A stretch of DNA of 64,000 nucleotides from Octopus bimaculoides (lineage: Eukaryota). Shown one piece after another: positions 60,085 to 64,000 of this stretch. The position numbers were made by a program, and so were the translations under genes. Location: assembly GCF_001194135.2 (NCBI RefSeq), contig NC_069000.1, positions 10,909,774 through 10,973,773 on the forward strand, in the 5' to 3' direction. Every line of letters starts with the position of its first letter. Position 1 is the stretch's first letter. The notes under the pieces were generated by a model. That model ran no database searches, was not told the origin of the DNA, and saw only the letters and a list, made by a program, of their open reading frames with translations.

Positions 60085-60908
60085 GATATCGTAGCCATGG
60101 CCGATGCCAGTGTCATGTACTGGCACCTATATTAATGGCACGTAATAAGCACCCTTTGAACTCCGGGCCTCACGGAGGCAGTGACAGGTGACTGAGATTT
60201 TTGGCAATATACCATGCTCAAAGGCGGTGAGCTGGCAGAAACGTTAGCATGCTGGGTGAAACGCTTAGCGGTATTTCGTCTGCCGTTACGTTCTGAGTTC
60301 AAGTTCCGCCGAGGTCGACTTTGCCTTTCATCCTTTTGGGGTCGATAAATTAAATACCAGTTATGCACAGGGGTCGATGTAATTGACTTAATTCCTTTGT
60401 CTGTCCTTGTTTGTCCCCTCTATGTTTAGCCCCTTGTGGGCAATAAAGAAATAAGAAATGTTAGCAGTATTACATCTGTCTTTATGTTCTGAGTTCAAAT
60501 TCCACTGAGGTCAACTTTGCCTTTCATCCTTTTGGGGTCGATAAATTAAATACCAGTTGCATAATCGACTGGCTCCTTCCCCCAAAATTTCAGGCCCTGT
60601 GAATCAGACTCCTGGTCATTGCCAGGACCATGTTTATGACACCCACGAATCGTTGTCATGGTCATTGCTGTTACCATGTAAATGGTACCCGTGAATCATA
60701 GTTGTGGTCATTGCCAGTGCTATGTAAATGGGACCCATGCTAGTGATACATAAAAGCACCTGTTACACTGTTGGAGTTTTTGGCATTAGGAAGGGCATCC
60801 AGCCATAGAAACCATGCCAACTCAGACTGGAGCCCTCCAGATTACCAGTTTCAGTCAAACCGTCTAACCCATGGCAACATGGAAAACAAGCGTTTGATGA
60901 TGATGATG
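60085..60908 (+). mobile_element. cluster: RTE 3'UTR fragment, two tandem family B SINEs (60221-60600), RTE tail
   Basis: gccgatgccagtgtcatgtactggcacc; aaggcggtgagctggcagaaacgttagc; ggcattaggaagggcatccagcc...tgatgatgatg. Confidence 0.75.
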
Positions 60909-61569
60909 TAGTGTAAATATTCAAACATCATCACTATCTTTACAAAATCCTGCTGCATTTTTACATGAAATTCTAGGTCCTCCAAAATTGACCCACCATT
61001 TTTGGCTGTAAATATTATCTGAAAAATTCAACTCACATACCAAAAATGCAGTACATTAGCAGAAATAGCAGATATTAGCTCCTTTATCTTAAGGCCAGTG
61101 TTGGATGGTATGTTTTTGTGGGATTTTTTCTTTAAATAGAGGTATTTCTTTGTACCATTCCTACATCCAGTGTTAACTGTAGTGCCTTTTCTTTATTCTT
61201 GTTCCCTTGTTCAATATGTGTTACCTCTTTCCAAACACATCAGATCAGAGCTAATGTCTATCTGCCATGATAAGCAGAAATCATTATTGATAAAATCACC
61301 ACTACCATCACCAAATCTTGTAAAGTCACTTGACAGATAACAAGCATTCTTGTGACATCACACATCACATGACTAGTGATTTATTTCATCATTCCTGTAT
61401 CGAATGGTGTTTCACATTCATTAACATTTCCTAGTATCAACACTGATACATACATGAAATCATGGAATGGGTTTTATCACATAATTAAATACATACATAT
61501 AACTGACTCTACATTATTTTACCATGAAAGCAAATTCCGCCAAGATCAATCTTGCCTTTCATCCTTTCG

Positions 61570-62062
61570 GGGTCAATTTGTCCCCCAAGGCCACACTGTT
61601 AATCATGAATTCTACTGCGATATTTTGAAACATTTGAGGGTGGACATTTAGCGAAAGTGACTGGATTTGTAGAGTGCGACGAAGTGGATTCTTTACTAAG
61701 CTATCCTCGCTCATAAGTTTCTTGCCAAAAAAACAACATGGTATCACTTCTTCACCCACCATATTCACTAGATTTAACACCTGCAGACCTCCATCTCTTC
61801 CCCCCCCCCCCCCGAGATGAAAATGCAGCTCAAAGGTCGCTGCTTTAACGCCATTGCTGAGATCCAGAGTGAATCACAGAAGGTCCTTGACCCACTTACG
61901 GAAAACGACTTCCAGGCCAGATTCCAAAAGTGGCAGGAACACCGGGACTGGTGTATTGTTGCACAACTCGACTATTTTGAAGGAGATGATGTTAAAACGT
62001 TGGTGAATAAGCTATTTTTTATTAAATAAACTAGTTCAGGAATTTTTTGATACTACCTTGTA
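61570..62062 (+). mobile_element. mariner (Tc1/mariner) element 3' portion, transposase pseudogene
   Basis: FVPQGHTVNHEFYCDILKHLR, HPPYSLDLTPADLHL (cf. YSPDLAP), MKMQLKGRCF...WCIVAQLDYFEGD; followed by TIR-like gttcaggaattttttgatactaccttgta; frameshifted, 5' end missing. Confidence 0.9.
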
Positions 62063-62397
62063 TCCTTGTATATGCCACAGATTTCCAGGAAACTGGCCTT
62101 ATTATGAGCCTATGGCTCAGGAAGAGCCCCCTTTTTTTTTTTTTTTTGGTATCCCCTTACATCTCTTCTAGTCTATTTAATATGACCATCCATCATCTAC
62201 TCTTACCATTACCCACCTCTTTATTTCTGTCCATCACTCTCTCACTCCCACTAACCCTAACCCCAACCCATCCCAATTCACTCTGCTTCAACTACCATTC
62301 TTTCATTCCCCTCTCTCCCAGCCATCCTGGTGCTTCTGTTGTCTTATATGTATTTGTGAGGGTTTGACATGCATTTTCGACTAGCTAGTGTTGCTAC

Positions 62398-62440
62398 TTC
62401 AGGCTGATGATGAGCAATGACTCAGAAACATGTCCCTGAA
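62398..62440 (+). ncRNA. minimal type I hammerhead ribozyme (Penelope/retrozyme-like)
   Basis: ttcagg CTGATGA tgag caatga ctca GAAA catg TC cctgaa: 6-bp stem I, 4-bp stem II, palindromic ACATGT stem III, GUC cleavage triplet. Confidence 0.75.
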
Positions 62441-62602
62441 TGCACACTGAGCTGGGTGGGGGTGCTTGTCTCCCCCTCGCAAATAGAAGGACACAGGAAA
62501 TGTGCCAAGGCCGACAAGAAGCGGTCCAGCTTCCTAGGGCTAAATAGCAGCGGTATGATTCCCGTATTGAGACTGTCACATTGAGTTGACAGTATACAAC
62601 TG

Positions 62603-62760
<158 letters not shown>

Positions 62761-62954
62761 CATACAAATGAGATAGTGTACAAGTGAGGGCAGCTCCAAA
62801 TAAGATCTGACTCAACCATCTTGATGACAACGTTGTTGTTGTTGTTATATGATAGCTGTAAGTGAGTTTCACAGTTGTACAAGCTACATCATTCATTTCC
62901 AGTCTTCAGTGAAAATGTCTGACGAAGAGGAAATATTACGTTATTAAAAAAAAA

Positions 62955-63080
62955 AGGGGGGGGTTAGCAATAGAAAGGGTACCTGGCCATACAAAATCTG
63001 CCTCAATGAATTCTCTGTGATCCATGCAAAAGCATGGTCAAGTGGACATTGAAATGACAGCAACGACGATGATGATGATG
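62955..63080 (+). mobile_element. diverged RTE-type 3' tail
   Basis: gggttagcaatagaaagggtacctggcc...gcatggtcaagtggacattgaaatgac...gatgatgatg. Confidence 0.55.
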
Positions 63081-63109
63081 ATTTCTATATTTTTCTGCAT
63101 TCTCATATA

Positions 63110-63792
63110 TATCATCATCATCATCATTTTTATGGCCACTTGTCATTGCTTGGATGGGTTGGACAGCTCGTTTCCAACACAGCATTTCACCATTTATTGC
63201 AATCTTTTGCATGAATTTCAATATTTTAAGACCAGCTTTTGCCACTACTACCCATACATTCCTTGGTCTTCCTCTTCAGCAGTTTCCTTCCACTCAAAAG
63301 TCCTGGCTCTTCTTTAACCATCTGTTGTTATCCTCCATATACACCAAAAGTCTGCACCAACATAATCTTCATTCTTGCACACTGCAAATGATTCTTCTTA
63401 CACCTAGTCTATCTCCCAGCTCATCTGTACCACATGGTTCATGCAGGCTAACATATTACATGTCCTGTGAAGCATGCTGACTTCATTTCTCTCTAACCTT
63501 TGCACATCCTTTGCATTCAGTGCCTGCATCTCACTACCATGCAACATTGCACTTCATACACATGCAACAAAAATATAACCTCACATGGAGGGAGAACCCC
63601 GTTGTTACCAACAGAGATTATAAGCTCTCTGAACATTTTCCCCCCTGTCCTTATCAGAGCTGCCATACTTTCTGAGCGCCTTCCTCTGCTGCTGATAAGG
63701 TCACCCAGGTAACAGAATCTATCAACTACTTCTACAGAGTGTTTCAAGCATTGGAAAGTTATTTTAGCAGCAATCTGACTGCTAACTATATC
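63110..63792 (-). mobile_element. RTE-clade LINE 3' fragment (ORF2 C-terminal part plus tail), decayed
   Basis: EVVDRFCYLGDLISSRGRRSESMAALIRTG..FREL, then by frameshift CMVVRCRH (cf. MLHGSETW); (cat)n tail at 63110. Confidence 0.85.
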
Positions 63793-64000
63793 TACTCTTT
63801 TACTTGTTTCAGTCATTTGACAGTGGCCATGCTGGAGCACCGCCTTTAGTCGAGCAGATCGGCCCCAGGACTTATTCTTTAGAAGCCTAGTACTTATTCT
63901 ATCGGTCTCTTTTGCCAAACTGCTAAGTTACGGGGACGTTAACACACCAGCATCGGTTGTCAAGCGATGTTGGACACACACACACACACACACACACACA
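63793..64000 (-). mobile_element. family A SINE 3' part, continues past the window end
   Basis: tactcttttacttgtttcagtcatttgacagtggccatgctggagcaccgcctttagtcgagc. Confidence 0.9.

Overview
AT-rich animal genomic DNA from a gapped short-read scaffold (many N runs, several flanked by (TA)n). The SINE/RTE repeat landscape and microsatellite load look like an octopus genome; this is inferred from repeat style, not from a search. The one secure protein-coding feature is a 1919-aa ORF (48992-54751, +) for an AF4/FMR2-family (AFF/lilliputian) super-elongation-complex scaffold. Its CDS is completely intronless, and its putative ELL-binding and AF9/ENL-binding motifs each appear twice. Candidate 5'UTR introns, and divergent splice donors on either side of an unsequenced gap at 32.2-33.1 kb, suggest a retrogene using a bidirectional promoter. 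The promoter would be shared with a candidate minus-strand gene for a small secreted protein (4 phase-compatible exons, about 122 aa). Near the right end is a well-formed minimal type I hammerhead ribozyme (62398-62440) of the Penelope/retrozyme kind. The rest is four or more SINE/RTE-tail families, mariner and RTE relics, microsatellites, and a visibly CpG-rich domain at about 21-38 kb. Repeat boundaries are approximate (tens of bp). No rRNA, genuine tRNA gene or CRISPR array was seen.
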